64,000 nt of DNA from Candidatus Sumerlaeaceae bacterium (GCA_051003195.1 JBPCLP010000017.1:1-64000); one strand, 5' to 3'. Positions 38,116-48,567 are shown, counted from the first letter of the stretch. The notes: generated by a model not told the origin, from the letters alone. Numbers and translations: made by a program.

Positions 38116-38748
38116 ATTAACAACAGACTTCCCGGTGGCCTGCTGGTCGCGTTTGAGGGTACGGATGGCGCGGGGAAGTCGACGCAGGCAAAGGCGGCGG
38201 TGGCATGGCTTGAGCAGAACGGTTACCCGGCTGTCTACCTGAAGGAACCCACGGACGGGCCAATCGGTCAAAAGTTGCGCCACATGATGGTTCATAAGGA
38301 GCATCGGGATTATATGGAGGAGTTCAGGCTCTTCCTTGAGGATCGCGCCGAAGATGTGCGGCTCAATATTCGCCCCATGCTGGAGCGCGGGGGAGTGGTG
38401 TGTATCGACCGATATTATATTTCGTCCATGGCCTACCAGGGCGCACTCGGCCTGGACCCGGAGTTTATCCGTACCGAGAACGAGAAAATCGCACCCCGGC
38501 CGGATCTTATCCTCTATTTTCGCCTGCCGCTTGCGGAAAGCCTGCGGCGAATACTCGCGTCGCGGCCTGAAGGACATAACCTTTTCGAAATTCGCAGCTA
38601 TCAGGAAAAGGTGCGCGATATCTTTGAAGGCATGAACATGCCGAACCTGCTAAGGGTCGATGCGGCCCAGGCGCATACGGAAGTCACAGCCCAGGTTATT
38701 ACGTTTGTTTCCAATGCAATAGACCAGAAACGAGCCACACAGGCCTGA
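38116..38748 (+). CDS. tmk: Thymidylate kinase (probable non-canonical ATT start)
   Basis: P-loop LLVAFEGTDGAGKSTQ is in frame upstream of the track start at 38200; also KEPT, DRYYISSMAYQG and PRPDL. Exact start is inferred. Confidence 0.9.
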   Translation: MNNRLPGGLLVAFEGTDGAGKSTQAKAAVAWLEQNGYPAVYLKEPTDGPIGQKLRHMMVHKEHRDYMEEFRLFLEDRAEDVRLNIRPMLERGGVVCIDRYYISSMAYQGALGLDPEFIRTENEKIAPRPDLILYFRLPLAESLRRILASRPEGHNLFEIRSYQEKVRDIFEGMNMPNLLRVDAAQAHTEVTAQVITFVSNAIDQKRATQA

Positions 38749-38863
38749 GAACTCCTGGAGTTTTCTTACATGCTCACATCTTTTCCGCTTGCCATATGGG
38801 GCCAGGTTCGCCAACGTGCTGGGGATTTTTGAAACCTTTACGAGGCAATAGGAGCTACAGTTC

Positions 38864-39187
38864 ATGAAGAAGCTGATGATCTTTTCACTGCTCGCGTCGA
38901 TGGCTCTCGCCCTGTCCGGTTGTGGCAGTACGAGTAATGCAGGGCCGTTCGGGCAGAATAACACGGCCAATGGCGCGCTGCTGGGCGGGCTGACTGGTGC
39001 AGGCATTGGGGCGATGGCTGGCGGCAAGAAAGCCACGCTGACCGGTGCCCTGGTTGGAACTGGTGTCGGTGCGATGGCCGGCAACGCGGTCGACCAGAAC
39101 CGTGCGCAACAGATGCAGGCTTATCCGCCGCCCCCTCCGGGACCGCCCAGCTACGGTGGGCCGCCTCCAGGGCCGCGTTCTTACTAG
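38864..39187 (+). CDS. Glycine-zipper lipoprotein
   Basis: Lipobox LSGC; GALLGGLTGAGIGA...GALVGTGVGAMAG; Pro-rich tail. Confidence 0.9.
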   Translation: MKKLMIFSLLASMALALSGCGSTSNAGPFGQNNTANGALLGGLTGAGIGAMAGGKKATLTGALVGTGVGAMAGNAVDQNRAQQMQAYPPPPPGPPSYGGPPPGPRSY

Positions 39188-39220
39188 TAGGTCCCAATAA
39201 GACCAACAATCTAGAAACTC

Positions 39221-39252
39221 GAAACCCCGCGGAAACGCGGGGTTTTGTTTTT
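39221..39252 (+). terminator. Intrinsic terminator after the lipoprotein gene
   Basis: AAACCCCGCG-gaaa-CGCGGGGTTTTGTTTTT. Confidence 0.92.
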
Positions 39253-39542
39253 GGAACTCATGGCCCTTGGAGAAGCGCTTGCTGCTCGTGGATCTTGCTT
39301 CCTCTGCATATCGGCCAACCACGCATTACGCGCAACACAGGTGATTTTGTCCCACACAGGTGTACATGTTTTTAATCCTTGGGATTAGCAGTTGCCGATT
39401 CGCGACATAAAATCTCAATTCTGCTGAATAGCACTGTTGGCTTTGAGTAGAACTGCGCGGTGCTGTTGCGTCTACTGCGTTTACCACGGCGGAAGCAGAG
39501 GCACCAACCGCAACATAAACCTTTACGGCTCAGGCTTTAAAG

Positions 39543-39910
39543 GCGGTCTGTCGGATCCCTCGACTGGCAGGCTGTATCAAACTGTATCACTTGCCCGTGT
39601 AACGGGATCTAAGAAGACGAGGGCGACTTCGGCACTCTTTCCGAAACGGAAAGGGGCCGTCGGGTAAACCCCGGCGGCAAGTGACGACGCGCGAGCGGGG
39701 CCTTTCTGGCGAGCTGGCGAGTCCACCGAACCGATAATGAGCAGGTGTAGTAAACGGCGTAAGCCTGTCGGCTGGTCCGACGGGAACTGCACTGGTGACA
39801 AGTTTTGGGTGCGTGCGTCCCTGCGTGGGTCGCTTTCGCGTCCAACCGGCGGCGGTACTGTCGGCGCAGGCGGGGGGTGCCCCTGCAAAAGCGCGGCAGA
39901 CTGTCGGCGG
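39543..39910 (+). ncRNA. Candidate large structured RNA / 5' leader of the tuf-S10 operon (family not recognised)
   Basis: About ten hand-identified helices, many with G-U pairs valid only on the + strand, forming multibranch junctions; no credible ORF. Confidence 0.6.
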
Positions 39911-39955
39911 AAGTTTGGGTAAGTTGTACCAATTTGGGAGGATCAAAAAAGGGCT

Positions 39956-41155
39956 ATGGCCAAAGAAAAGTTCGAGCGCAAAAAGCCGCACGTAAACGTC
40001 GGCACGATCGGTCACATTGACCACGGCAAGACCACATTGACGGCTGCCATCACTAAGACGCAGGCGGAGGCTGGACTCGGCCAGGCGGTCGCATTCGACC
40101 AGATCGACAAGGCTCCAGAAGAGAAAGCTCGTGGTATCACGATCGCCACGGCACACGTGGAGTATGAGAGCACCAAGCGTCACTATGCGCACGTGGATTG
40201 CCCAGGCCACGCCGATTATATTAAGAACATGATCACCGGTGCAGCGCAGATGGACGGCGCTATCGTGGTGGTTGCCGCGACTGACGGACCGATGCCGCAG
40301 ACGCGTGAGCACATCCTGCTCGCCCGCCAGGTAGGCGTGCCTTATATCGTCGTGTTCCTGAACAAATGTGACCAGGTGGACGACCCTGAACTGCTCGAGC
40401 TCGTTGAGCTGGAAGTTCGCGAGTTGCTGAGCAAATATGAGTTTCCCGGCGATGACACCCCAATCATTCGTGGTTCGGCGCTGCAGGCGCTTAACGGCGA
40501 GACCGGCGAGTACGGTAAGCCGTCGATCACCAAGTTGTTGGACGCACTGGACAGCTTTATTCCTGAGCCGGTTCGTGTTCTCGACAAACCATTCCTGATG
40601 CCGGTTGAGGACGTGTTCTCGATCTCCGGACGTGGCACGGTTGCTACGGGACGTATCGAGCGCGGTATCTGCAAAGTCGGTGACAACGTCGACATCGTCG
40701 GCATCGTTCCTACGGCCGAGCAGAAGAAGTCAGTCGTCACCGGTGTCGAGATGTTCCGCAAGCTGCTGGATGAGGGCGTAGCGGGCGATAACGTAGGACT
40801 GCTGCTGCGCGGCGTGGAGCGTACGGATATCGAGCGCGGGCAGGTCATCGCGAAGCCCGGTTCCATCACCCCCCACAAGAAGTTCAAGGCCACGGCCTAC
40901 ATCCTGACCAAGGAAGAGGGTGGACGTCACACCCCGTTCTTTAAGGGATATCGCCCGCAGTTCTACTTCCGCACAACGGACGTCACCGGCGTGGTTACAT
41001 TGCCTGAGGGTGTTGAGATGGTGATGCCGGGTGACAATATCACCTGTGAAGTTGAGCTGATCAACCCGATCGCCATGGAAAAAGAACTCCGTTTCGCTAT
41101 CCGCGAAGGCGGCCGTACGGTCGGCGCCGGCGTGGTTGCGGACATAATCGAGTAA
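39956..41155 (+). CDS. tuf: Elongation factor Tu
   Basis: [52 protein letters not shown]. Confidence 0.99.
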   Translation: MAKEKFERKKPHVNVGTIGHIDHGKTTLTAAITKTQAEAGLGQAVAFDQIDKAPEEKARGITIATAHVEYESTKRHYAHVDCPGHADYIKNMITGAAQMDGAIVVVAATDGPMPQTREHILLARQVGVPYIVVFLNKCDQVDDPELLELVELEVRELLSKYEFPGDDTPIIRGSALQALNGETGEYGKPSITKLLDALDSFIPEPVRVLDKPFLMPVEDVFSISGRGTVATGRIERGICKVGDNVDIVGIVPTAEQKKSVVTGVEMFRKLLDEGVAGDNVGLLLRGVERTDIERGQVIAKPGSITPHKKFKATAYILTKEEGGRHTPFFKGYRPQFYFRTTDVTGVVTLPEGVEMVMPGDNITCEVELINPIAMEKELRFAIREGGRTVGAGVVADIIE

Positions 41156-41171
41156 AGGAAATCAACGGCGA

Positions 41172-41209
41172 GGCCGCCGGTGTCTGAAAAAGGCACCGGC
41201 GGCTTCTTC
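41172..41209 (+). terminator. Strong hairpin with a weak U tract between tuf and rpsJ (leaky terminator or processing site)
   Basis: GGCCGCCGGTGTCT-gaaaa-AGGCACCGGCGGCT followed by TCTTC. Confidence 0.55.
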
Positions 41210-41223
41210 ATGAAAGCAGACTA

Positions 41224-41535
41224 ATGGCCGGACAGAAGATCAGAATTAACCTAAATGCCTTCGATTACCGCCTGCTTGATGCAAGTGTGCAGGAGATTGT
41301 CGACACGGCAAAGCGAACAGGTGCCAGGATTGCAGGGCCTGTTCCGCTGCCGACGCGCACGAGCAAGTACACCGTACTTCGTTCGCCGCACGTGGACAAA
41401 AAGAGCCGCGAGCAGTTTGAAATGCGGCGTCACAAGCGGCTGGTCGACATTGTCGACCCGACGCAGAAGACGCTCGACGCGCTTACCGAGCTGGATCTTC
41501 CGGCTGGTGTGCACGTGGAAATAAAGCTAACCTAA
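41224..41535 (+). CDS. rpsJ: 30S ribosomal protein S10
   Basis: [29 protein letters not shown]. Confidence 0.99.
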   Translation: MAGQKIRINLNAFDYRLLDASVQEIVDTAKRTGARIAGPVPLPTRTSKYTVLRSPHVDKKSREQFEMRRHKRLVDIVDPTQKTLDALTELDLPAGVHVEIKLT

Positions 41536-41608
41536 GAAACAGACGTACAGTTGGCGGAGGGGAAAGCGCGGCGGCGACGCCGGACCGCCCCCTCCCTGGA
41601 GAAAAGAA

Positions 41609-42352
41609 ATGTCTCTCGGATTATTGGGAAAAAAACTGGGCATGTCCCAGATCTTCGACAAGGATGGCAAGCTTGTGCCTGTGACGTATATCCAGGCCGG
41701 GCCGTGCTATGTTGTCCAGAAGAAGACGAAGGATACCGACGGCTATGAAGCCGTGCAGGTGGGCTTTGGCGAAAAGAAGGAAAAGAACGTCACCAAGCCG
41801 GAGCAGGGCCACTTTAAGAAGGGCAATGTTCCGCTGCTGCGCTACGTGCGCGAGTTTCGTCTCGAAGATGGCAACGGCGATGTGCCCGAAGTGGGCGCTG
41901 TACTGGACGTCGACTTGTTCAAGGAAGGCGACCACATCGACATCGTCGGCGTGAGTAAAGGTCGCGGCTTCGCGTCGCCAATCAAGCGCTGGCATGTAAG
42001 CCGTGGGCCGGAGAGCCATGGTTCTATGTACCATCGTCGGGCAGGCTCGCAGGGTGCTTCGAGTTATCCTTCACGCACATGGAAAAACAAAAAGGGCGCG
42101 GGCCACATGGGCGCGGCGCGCAGCACGGTTATTAACCTGGTCGTCGTGAAGACGGACAAAGAAAAGAACCTGCTTTTGGTACGCGGCAGTGTGCCCGGCC
42201 ATCCAAATAGTTTCGTAATGATCCGCAAGACGGTTCGCGCCAAGAAGGCCGCCCGTCAGCTCCAGTTGCAGGAAACAGCTGCAGAGCGCGCCAAGGCAGC
42301 AGCCAGCAAGGTTGTGAACCCGCTCAAGGCGTCGAAGAAGGGTGGTAAGTAA
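41609..42352 (+). CDS. rplC: 50S ribosomal protein L3
   Basis: GLLGKKLGMSQIF, DGYEAVQVG, SKGRGF, GPESHGS; basic C-terminal extension. Confidence 0.98.
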   Translation: MSLGLLGKKLGMSQIFDKDGKLVPVTYIQAGPCYVVQKKTKDTDGYEAVQVGFGEKKEKNVTKPEQGHFKKGNVPLLRYVREFRLEDGNGDVPEVGAVLDVDLFKEGDHIDIVGVSKGRGFASPIKRWHVSRGPESHGSMYHRRAGSQGASSYPSRTWKNKKGAGHMGAARSTVINLVVVKTDKEKNLLLVRGSVPGHPNSFVMIRKTVRAKKAARQLQLQETAAERAKAAASKVVNPLKASKKGGK

Positions 42353-42355
42353 CCG

Positions 42356-43003
42356 ATGGCTACGTTAACAGTCCGCGATGCAAAGGGTGCCGACGCAGGC
42401 ACAGTTGATGTCTCCGATGCGATCTTCAGCGTCGAACCCAACAAGAACGCGGTGCGACAGGCATTGATCGCCTACGAGGCAAATCAGCGCCAGGGCACGC
42501 ACTCCACCAAGACACGTGCTTTTGTAAGAGGCGGCGGCAGGAAGCCGTGGAAGCAAAAGGGTACCGGCCGTGCGCGGCAGGGATCGATCCGTTCGCCCCA
42601 GTGGCGCGGTGGAGCGATCATCTTCGGGCCCACACCACGTGACTACCGCCAGAAGGTGAACAAGAAGGTTCGCCGGCTTGCGCTGAACAGCGTGCTGAGC
42701 GACCTGCGCAATGAAAACAAAATCACGGTGCTGAAGGCATTCGGTTTCGAAGCCCCAAGGACGAAGGATTTCATTTCTCTGCTGGGCCGTATCGGTGTCA
42801 GTGAAGCTCAGCGCGTGCTGGTGCTGACCACGGGTTCGGATGATAACGTTAAGAAGAGCGCTGCGAACATCGCGAGCGTACTTGTCTCGGACGTACAGAA
42901 TGTAAACGTTTACGACCTGCTGACCTGTGATCACCTGATCACCACGCCCGAAGCATTGAAGGCGCTCGAGAAGCAGTTCGGTGCTGAGGAGGAAGCAGCA
43001 TGA
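42356..43003 (+). CDS. rplD: 50S ribosomal protein L4
   Basis: RQGTHSTKTR..VRGGGRKPWKQKGTGRARQGSIRSPQWRGG. Confidence 0.98.
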   Translation: MATLTVRDAKGADAGTVDVSDAIFSVEPNKNAVRQALIAYEANQRQGTHSTKTRAFVRGGGRKPWKQKGTGRARQGSIRSPQWRGGAIIFGPTPRDYRQKVNKKVRRLALNSVLSDLRNENKITVLKAFGFEAPRTKDFISLLGRIGVSEAQRVLVLTTGSDDNVKKSAANIASVLVSDVQNVNVYDLLTCDHLITTPEALKALEKQFGAEEEAA

Positions 43004-43287
43004 AATCGCCGTACCAGATTCTACAGCGCCCGTTAATTACCGAACGGGCAACTCTGCTGGCCGAGAACAAGGAAGGCCCGCAGTACGTCTTCCGCGTTTC
43101 GAAGACCGCCAACAAGATCGAGATCCGCAAGGCGATCGAGTCGGTATTCAACGTGCAGGTGGACAACGTGAATACCGTTGTAGTTAAAGGCAAGAAACGC
43201 CGCCAGGGCCGCAATGTTGGCAAGACATCGGATTGGAAGAAGGCGTTCGTAACGCTCAAGGAAGGACAGACGATCGACGTGCTGTAG
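43000..43287 (+). CDS. rplW: 50S ribosomal protein L23
   Basis: RPLITE, ANKIEIRKAIE..FNVQV..VNT, WKKAFVTL. Confidence 0.98.
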   Translation: MKSPYQILQRPLITERATLLAENKEGPQYVFRVSKTANKIEIRKAIESVFNVQVDNVNTVVVKGKKRRQGRNVGKTSDWKKAFVTLKEGQTIDVL

Positions 43288-43325
43288 GCGCGAGCCTGTA
43301 GCCTTGTGTTGATACGAGGAAAACC

Positions 43326-44156
43326 ATGCCAGTAAAAACATTTAAACCAACTACCCCGGGCCGGCGCCAGATGACGGTCGCCAGTTTCGACGAGATTACG
43401 CGTACCAAGCCTGAGAAGTCGCTTGTCGTATCGCTGAAGAAGTCCGGTGGCCGCAACAACTTAGGACGCATCACCAGCCGCTGGATCGGTGGTGGCCATA
43501 AGCGCCGCTACCGTATCATCGACTTCAAGCGCGATAAGGAAGGCATTCCGGCAAAAGTCGTGTCGATCGAGTATGATCCGAACCGCAGCGCGCGCATCGC
43601 ACTGCTGCAGTACTCCGATGGCGAGAAGCGCTACATCCTTGCGCCGATGGGCCTGCAGGTTGGCGCACGTGTCGATTCGGGCGAGAAGTCTGAAATTCAG
43701 CCCGGCAACACGCTTAAGCTCAAGGACATGCCGGTCGGTACAATCATCCACGCCATCGAGATGAAACCTGGCAAGGGCGCGCAGATCGCTCGCAGTGCCG
43801 GCGTCTCAGCGCAGCTGCTGGCCAAGGAAGGAACTTACGCGACGATCCGTTTGCAGTCCGGAGAAGTTCGCCAGATTCACCGTGAGTGCCGTGCGACGAT
43901 TGGCGAGGTTGGCAATAAAGAGCACGAGAATATTTCAATCGGTAAGGCAGGCCGTACGCGCTGGTTGGGCAAGCGCCCTGAGGTTCGCGGTGTGGCTATG
44001 AACCCGGTGGATCACCCACATGGTGGCGGCGAGGGCAAGACCTCCGGCGGACGTCATCCGGTTTCACCCTGGGGGCAGCTTACCAAGGGCTACAAGACGC
44101 GCAAAAAGAAGAACGCCAGCTCCAAGTATATCCTGAAGCGGAGGAACCAGAAGTAA
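43326..44156 (+). CDS. rplB: 50S ribosomal protein L2
   Basis: [41 protein letters not shown]. Confidence 0.99.
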   Translation: MPVKTFKPTTPGRRQMTVASFDEITRTKPEKSLVVSLKKSGGRNNLGRITSRWIGGGHKRRYRIIDFKRDKEGIPAKVVSIEYDPNRSARIALLQYSDGEKRYILAPMGLQVGARVDSGEKSEIQPGNTLKLKDMPVGTIIHAIEMKPGKGAQIARSAGVSAQLLAKEGTYATIRLQSGEVRQIHRECRATIGEVGNKEHENISIGKAGRTRWLGKRPEVRGVAMNPVDHPHGGGEGKTSGGRHPVSPWGQLTKGYKTRKKKNASSKYILKRRNQK

Positions 44157-44157
44157 C

Positions 44158-44442
44158 ATGGCACGTAGCGTATCCAAAGGTCCGTTTATCGAGGAGAGCC
44201 TGGCAAAGCGTGTCGAGCAGGCCCAGAAAGTCGGCGACAAAAAGGTCATCAAGACATGGAGCCGTGCGTCCACTGTGACGCCGGACATGGTTGGACTGAC
44301 CATCGCCGTACACAACGGCAAGCAGTTCCTGCCGATCTACATTAACGAGAACATGGTTGGCCACAAGCTTGGCGAGTTTGCTTCCACGCGGCTGTTTCGC
44401 GCGCACGGCGGCAAAACGGCCAAGGCCACTGGCGCGAAGTAA
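44158..44442 (+). CDS. rpsS: 30S ribosomal protein S19
   Basis: [27 protein letters not shown]. Confidence 0.99.
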   Translation: MARSVSKGPFIEESLAKRVEQAQKVGDKKVIKTWSRASTVTPDMVGLTIAVHNGKQFLPIYINENMVGHKLGEFASTRLFRAHGGKTAKATGAK

Positions 44443-44453
44443 GGGACACAGAA

Positions 44454-44825
44454 ATGTCGAAGCAGAAAAAAGCAAAGAACTATGAAGCGGTCAGCGAAGC
44501 CAGGCTGCGCCATGCGCGCATGCCGGCCCGTAAGGCGCGCCTCATCGCAGATCTGATTCGTGGCAAGAGTGTCGGCGAAGCGCTGCGTATTCTGCAGGTC
44601 ACGCACAAGCCGAGCGCCTGCCCGGCCGTGCTGAACGTGCTCAAAAGCGCCCGCAAGAACGCCGAAGACGTGGCTGGAGTTGCTGAGCCGGACAACCTGT
44701 TGGTCGGCACTGTGTTCGTGGACGGCGCGGCCATGATGAAGCGCATGCGCGCAGCCCCGATGGGCCGCGGCGTCAAGGTTCGCAAGCGTTCTTGTCATAT
44801 CACTATTCGGCTGAATGAAGAGTAA
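44454..44825 (+). CDS. rplV: 50S ribosomal protein L22
   Basis: ARKARLIADLIRGKSV.EAL, MKRMR..PMGRG..VRKRSCHITI; expected position. Confidence 0.97.
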   Translation: MSKQKKAKNYEAVSEARLRHARMPARKARLIADLIRGKSVGEALRILQVTHKPSACPAVLNVLKSARKNAEDVAGVAEPDNLLVGTVFVDGAAMMKRMRAAPMGRGVKVRKRSCHITIRLNEE

Positions 44826-44834
44826 GAGGGACCA

Positions 44835-45512
44835 ATGGGACAGAAAGTACATCCGATAGCCTTCCGGCTGGGAGTCATCAAGCAGTGGGAGAGCCGTTGG
44901 TACTTCGACAAGAAGACCTACAAGGAATACCTGCACGAAGACCTGATGCTGCGCAAGGAGATCAAGCGTCGGTTCTATCATGCCGGGATTGCCCGTATCG
45001 ACATCGAGCGTGCCACCACACGTGCTAAGATTACGATCCACACAGCGCGCCCCGGCATTATCATCGGTCGCAAGGGTGCTGAGATTGAAAGCCTGCGTCG
45101 GGATTTCGAGAAGAAGACCGGTAAGCAGGTTATCATCAACATCGAGGAAATCAAGAAGGCCGATGTGGTCGCCCAGCTTGTGGCCGAGAACGTCGGCAGC
45201 CAGCTTATGCGGCGCATAGGGTTTCGCCGCGCGATGAAGAAGACGGTGCTCGCGTCGATCAAGGCTGGCGCACTTGGAATCAAGATCAAGTGCGGTGGAC
45301 GCCTGGCGGGTGCTGAAATTGCGCGCTCGGAATGGTACCGCGAGGGCCGTGTGCCACTGCACACCATCCGCGCCGACATCGATTACGGTTTCGCCGAGGC
45401 CAAGACAAAGTACGGCATCATCGGCATCAAGGTTTGGATCTTCCGCGGCGAAGTATTTGAAGAGGCGCAGGAGCCGCGCAAGAGCCAGGCGGCAGTGCCA
45501 GCTACAGCATAA
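44835..45512 (+). CDS. rpsC: 30S ribosomal protein S3
   Basis: [39 protein letters not shown]. Confidence 0.99.
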   Translation: MGQKVHPIAFRLGVIKQWESRWYFDKKTYKEYLHEDLMLRKEIKRRFYHAGIARIDIERATTRAKITIHTARPGIIIGRKGAEIESLRRDFEKKTGKQVIINIEEIKKADVVAQLVAENVGSQLMRRIGFRRAMKKTVLASIKAGALGIKIKCGGRLAGAEIARSEWYREGRVPLHTIRADIDYGFAEAKTKYGIIGIKVWIFRGEVFEEAQEPRKSQAAVPATA

Positions 45513-45525
45513 CGGAGAACAAAAC

Positions 45526-45735
45526 ATGCACTTCGGTCCTGACGAGACGGCAGTGATCAAGGTGTTCAACGCGGGCGACGAGATCTCGCTCGAGGAAAAG
45601 GTTAACCAATTCCTCGAGGAGCACAGGGATCAGAGCCTGGCGGATTTGAAAGTAGAGCAGGTGGAGTATCACTCGCGGCAGGGCGGCGTAGAGTTCGGAC
45701 TAATGGCCGTCCTGGTCATGCGGGTGAAGCGGTAA
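45526..45735 (+). CDS. 69-aa hypothetical protein (Cse60/DUF2758-like pattern) inserted between rpsC and rplP
   Basis: GGAG at 45514-45517, ATG 45526; IKVFNAGDEISLEEKVNQFLEE...LADLKV. Confidence 0.8.
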   Translation: MHFGPDETAVIKVFNAGDEISLEEKVNQFLEEHRDQSLADLKVEQVEYHSRQGGVEFGLMAVLVMRVKR

Positions 45736-45797
45736 AGTTGAGTACAAGGATTTAGCGGGGAGCTACCAAGCGTTCCCCAAAGTGAACGGATAAGGCG

Positions 45798-46229
45798 ATG
45801 CTACTACCAAAGCGTGTAAAACATCGGAAGGTGCAGAAAGGCCGCAGACGCGGCAAGGCGTACCGTGGCTCTGAGCTGACATTTGGTCAGTTTGGTCTGC
45901 AGGCGCTGGAGGCCGGTTGGATCACGAACCGCCAGATTGAGGCGGCGCGCGTGGCCATGACGCGTCATATCAAACGTGGCGGCAAGTTATGGATTAATAT
46001 TTTCCCCGACAAGCCACTTACGGTGAAACCGGCCGAGACCCGCATGGGCAAGGGCAAGGGTAACCCCGAGCACTGGGTGGCCGTTGTGAAGCCTGGCCGC
46101 ATCATGTTCGAGCTGGAAGGCGTTTCGCCCCAATTGGCGAAAGAAGCCATGAGTCTGGCGGCTCACAAGCTGCCGCTCAAGACCAAGTTTTTGAAGCGTG
46201 AGGAGGCGCAGATAGCCAGTGAAGAATAG
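45798..46229 (+). CDS. rplP: 50S ribosomal protein L16
   Basis: [27 protein letters not shown]. Confidence 0.99.
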   Translation: MLLPKRVKHRKVQKGRRRGKAYRGSELTFGQFGLQALEAGWITNRQIEAARVAMTRHIKRGGKLWINIFPDKPLTVKPAETRMGKGKGNPEHWVAVVKPGRIMFELEGVSPQLAKEAMSLAAHKLPLKTKFLKREEAQIASEE

Positions 46230-46431
46230 TGAACTAAAAGCTTTGGCCCTGGACGAACTGCAGGAGAAGCTGGATAAGCAAATCAAAGACCTTTACCAGA
46301 TGCGCCTGCGCGCCACCACTAAAGAACTTGAGCGTCCCACAGACATTCGCGCGGGCCGCCGCGATATTGCCCGCATCAAGCAGGCGATTGGCGACAAGCA
46401 GCGCGAAGCCAGCAAGAACGCCTCGAAGTAA
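46219..46431 (+). CDS. rpmC: 50S ribosomal protein L29
   Basis: [12 protein letters not shown]..., [12 protein letters not shown]; expected position. Confidence 0.95.
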   Translation: MKNSELKALALDELQEKLDKQIKDLYQMRLRATTKELERPTDIRAGRRDIARIKQAIGDKQREASKNASK

Positions 46432-46453
46432 CCGGAAGAACATAGGAAAAGAC

Positions 46454-46759
46454 ATGGCAACGGAAACGAAAAAGAAAATCGCCAGCACTGACACCGCGGA
46501 GACGAGCGATCGTGGGCGCCGCAAGTCACGCGTCGGCAAGGTCGTCAGCAGCAAGATGAACAAGACCATCGTTGTGGCGGTGGTGCGTATGGTAAAGCAT
46601 CCGCTCTACCATAAGTACATCAAGCGCACGACCAAGCTGTACGCGCATGACGAGAAGAACGACGCCCGGGAGGGTGATACCGTTCGCGTGATTGAGACGC
46701 GTCCACTGAGCAAGCTCAAGTGCTGGCGCGTTGCGGAAGTTATCGATAGAGCCAAATAG
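46454..46759 (+). CDS. rpsQ: 30S ribosomal protein S17
   Basis: [35 protein letters not shown] 46454 after AGGA. Confidence 0.98.
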   Translation: MATETKKKIASTDTAETSDRGRRKSRVGKVVSSKMNKTIVVAVVRMVKHPLYHKYIKRTTKLYAHDEKNDAREGDTVRVIETRPLSKLKCWRVAEVIDRAK

Positions 46760-46830
46760 TTTAACAGTAGAAGCAGCCGTAGACATGGGCCAACCACCCG
46801 CGCCACGGCACACGAGTTGAGGACACTGAG

Positions 46831-47199
46831 ATGATTCAAGAATATACAATGCTGGATGTGGCGGACAACACGGGCGCCAAGAAGCTTCGTTGCTTTAAGG
46901 TGCTCGGAGGCACCCGTCGGCGCTATGCACGCATCGGGGACGTGGTTGTAGCCAGCGTACGTGAGGCAACCCCGGACGCGACCGTCAAAAAGGGCGCGGT
47001 CGTCAAGGCCGTGATAGTTCGCACCACCAAGGAGCTTGGCCGCGAAGACGGAACGTTTGTGAAGTTCGACGGCAACGCTGCTGTGATCATCAATGCCAAC
47101 AACGAGCCCGTCGGTACCCGTATCTTCGGTGCTGTCGGACGTGAATTGCGCAAAAAGAATTTTATGAAGATCATCTCACTGGCTCCGGAAGTCATCTGA
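46831..47199 (+). CDS. rplN: 50S ribosomal protein L14
   Basis: [35 protein letters not shown]. Confidence 0.99.
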   Translation: MIQEYTMLDVADNTGAKKLRCFKVLGGTRRRYARIGDVVVASVREATPDATVKKGAVVKAVIVRTTKELGREDGTFVKFDGNAAVIINANNEPVGTRIFGAVGRELRKKNFMKIISLAPEVI

Positions 47200-47214
47200 G
47201 GTAGAGGACGAGAA

Positions 47215-47526
47215 ATGTCGCTTAGAATTAAAAAGAACGACCGGGTAAAAGTGCTTTCCGGTAAGGACAAGGGAACCGTTTCACGTGTCGTGGCTGTGAT
47301 GCCGGCAAAGGAGCGGGCGCTTGTTGAGCATGTGAACATGGTCAAGCGTCACACCCGTGCGCGCGGCCAGGGCCAGCCTGGCGGGATCATTGAAAAGGAA
47401 GCACCGATACACTTGTCAAACCTGGCGCTGTATTGCGAAGCGTGCAAAACAGGCGTCCGGTTCGGCAGTGAAGTGCGTAACAACGAAAAGGTACGTGTGT
47501 GCAAGAAGTGCGGAGTCGCGCTGTAG
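47215..47526 (+). CDS. rplX: 50S ribosomal protein L24
   Basis: IKKNDRVKVLSGKDKG, GGIIEKEAPIHLSN; CEAC/CKKC pair. Confidence 0.98.
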   Translation: MSLRIKKNDRVKVLSGKDKGTVSRVVAVMPAKERALVEHVNMVKRHTRARGQGQPGGIIEKEAPIHLSNLALYCEACKTGVRFGSEVRNNEKVRVCKKCGVAL

Positions 47527-47593
47527 AGTAAGCGGCTCAATTGGAATTGGGCGACGTACTATGCCGTCGCCTGGATAGAAGAAGGACTGAGAA

Positions 47594-48256
47594 ATGGCTG
47601 AGACAAAGCAGGATAAAAAAGAGAAGTCGCGCAAGGCCGAGGCTGACGAAGCCGGTGGCGTGGCCGTGGCCGACGCCGACGATGGTGCCGAGCGCGAACA
47701 ACTGCAGGGTTATATTCCTGCCTATAAGACCAAATATCGCGATGAAATCGTTCCCGCGATGATCAAGCGCTTTGGCTACAAGAACGTTAACGAGGCACCG
47801 CGGCTCCAGAAGATCGTCGTGAACATGGGCGTCGGCGAAGCTTCGCGCGATGCGAAGCTGATCGACACCGCCGAGAAGGAACTGGCGCAGATCACCGGCC
47901 AGAAGCCTAAACGCACGCTTGCCAAGAAATCGATCAGCGCGTTCAAGCTGCGCGAGGGTATGCCGGTTGGCTGCTTCGTAACGCTTCGCGGGAACATGAT
48001 GTACGAATTCCTGGAGCGGCTGATAAACGTCGCCATTCCCCGCGTGCGTGACTTCCGCGGCTTTCCGACCCGCAGCTTTGATGGCCGTGGCAATCATTCG
48101 CTGGGCATTCGCGAACACCTGATCTTCATGGAACTCGATTATAACAAGGTGACCGCCGTCAAAGGCATGAATATCACCACCGTAACCAGCGCAAAAACGG
48201 ACGAGGAAGCACTGGAACTGCTGCGCCAGTTCGGTTTCCCGTTCCGCGAAAAGTAA
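47594..48256 (+). CDS. rplE: 50S ribosomal protein L5 with an N-terminal extension
   Basis: [35 protein letters not shown]. Confidence 0.98.
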   Translation: MAETKQDKKEKSRKAEADEAGGVAVADADDGAEREQLQGYIPAYKTKYRDEIVPAMIKRFGYKNVNEAPRLQKIVVNMGVGEASRDAKLIDTAEKELAQITGQKPKRTLAKKSISAFKLREGMPVGCFVTLRGNMMYEFLERLINVAIPRVRDFRGFPTRSFDGRGNHSLGIREHLIFMELDYNKVTAVKGMNITTVTSAKTDEEALELLRQFGFPFREK

Positions 48257-48269
48257 GGAGAACGCATCG

Positions 48270-48455
48270 ATGTCCACCTGTGCGAAAGAGTATAAAGCGA
48301 AGTCGCCCGCGAAGTTCAGCTCGCGTAAGCACAATCGCTGTCCGATCTGTGGCCGCGGCCGTGCTTACATCCGCGACTTCAACATGTGCCGCATTTGCTT
48401 CCGCAACCTCGCAAGCAAAGGTCACATTCCCGGCGTCACCAAGAGCTCCTGGTAA
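48270..48455 (+). CDS. rpsN: 30S ribosomal protein S14, short zinc-binding type
   Basis: RCPICGR...CRICFR...IPGVTKSSW, 61 aa. Confidence 0.98.
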   Translation: MSTCAKEYKAKSPAKFSSRKHNRCPICGRGRAYIRDFNMCRICFRNLASKGHIPGVTKSSW

Positions 48456-48524
48456 TCAGGTAGCTGAACCGAACCAAAGTAGCTGTAAAGAGAACCGAGT
48501 CCCCGCAACCGAGCGGGGCGAAGC

Positions 48525-48567
48525 GGTGTAAGTCCTGCCGGGGCCAAGCCACCGGGGATACTGCACC
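48525..48567 (+). promoter_or_regulatory. Putative S8-binding hairpin mimicking 16S rRNA helix 21
   Basis: TAAGTC (48529-48534) opposite GATACTG (48557-48563), closed by GGTG/CACC, 29 nt upstream of the rpsH ATG. Confidence 0.7.

Noticed and set aside
39253..39955. tRNAs, RNase P RNA, SRP RNA, tmRNA or a known riboswitch upstream of tuf
   Set aside because: I found no T-loop/cloverleaf, no GAGGAAAGUCC and no FMN, lysine or cobalamin signature; kept as an unassigned structured RNA.
39437..40312. Short ORFs on both strands upstream of and opposite tuf
   Set aside because: No RBS or recognisable motifs; the 241-aa one largely overlaps tuf in antisense.
44337..45569. 410-aa minus ORF
   Set aside because: Antisense to rpsS-rplV-rpsC.
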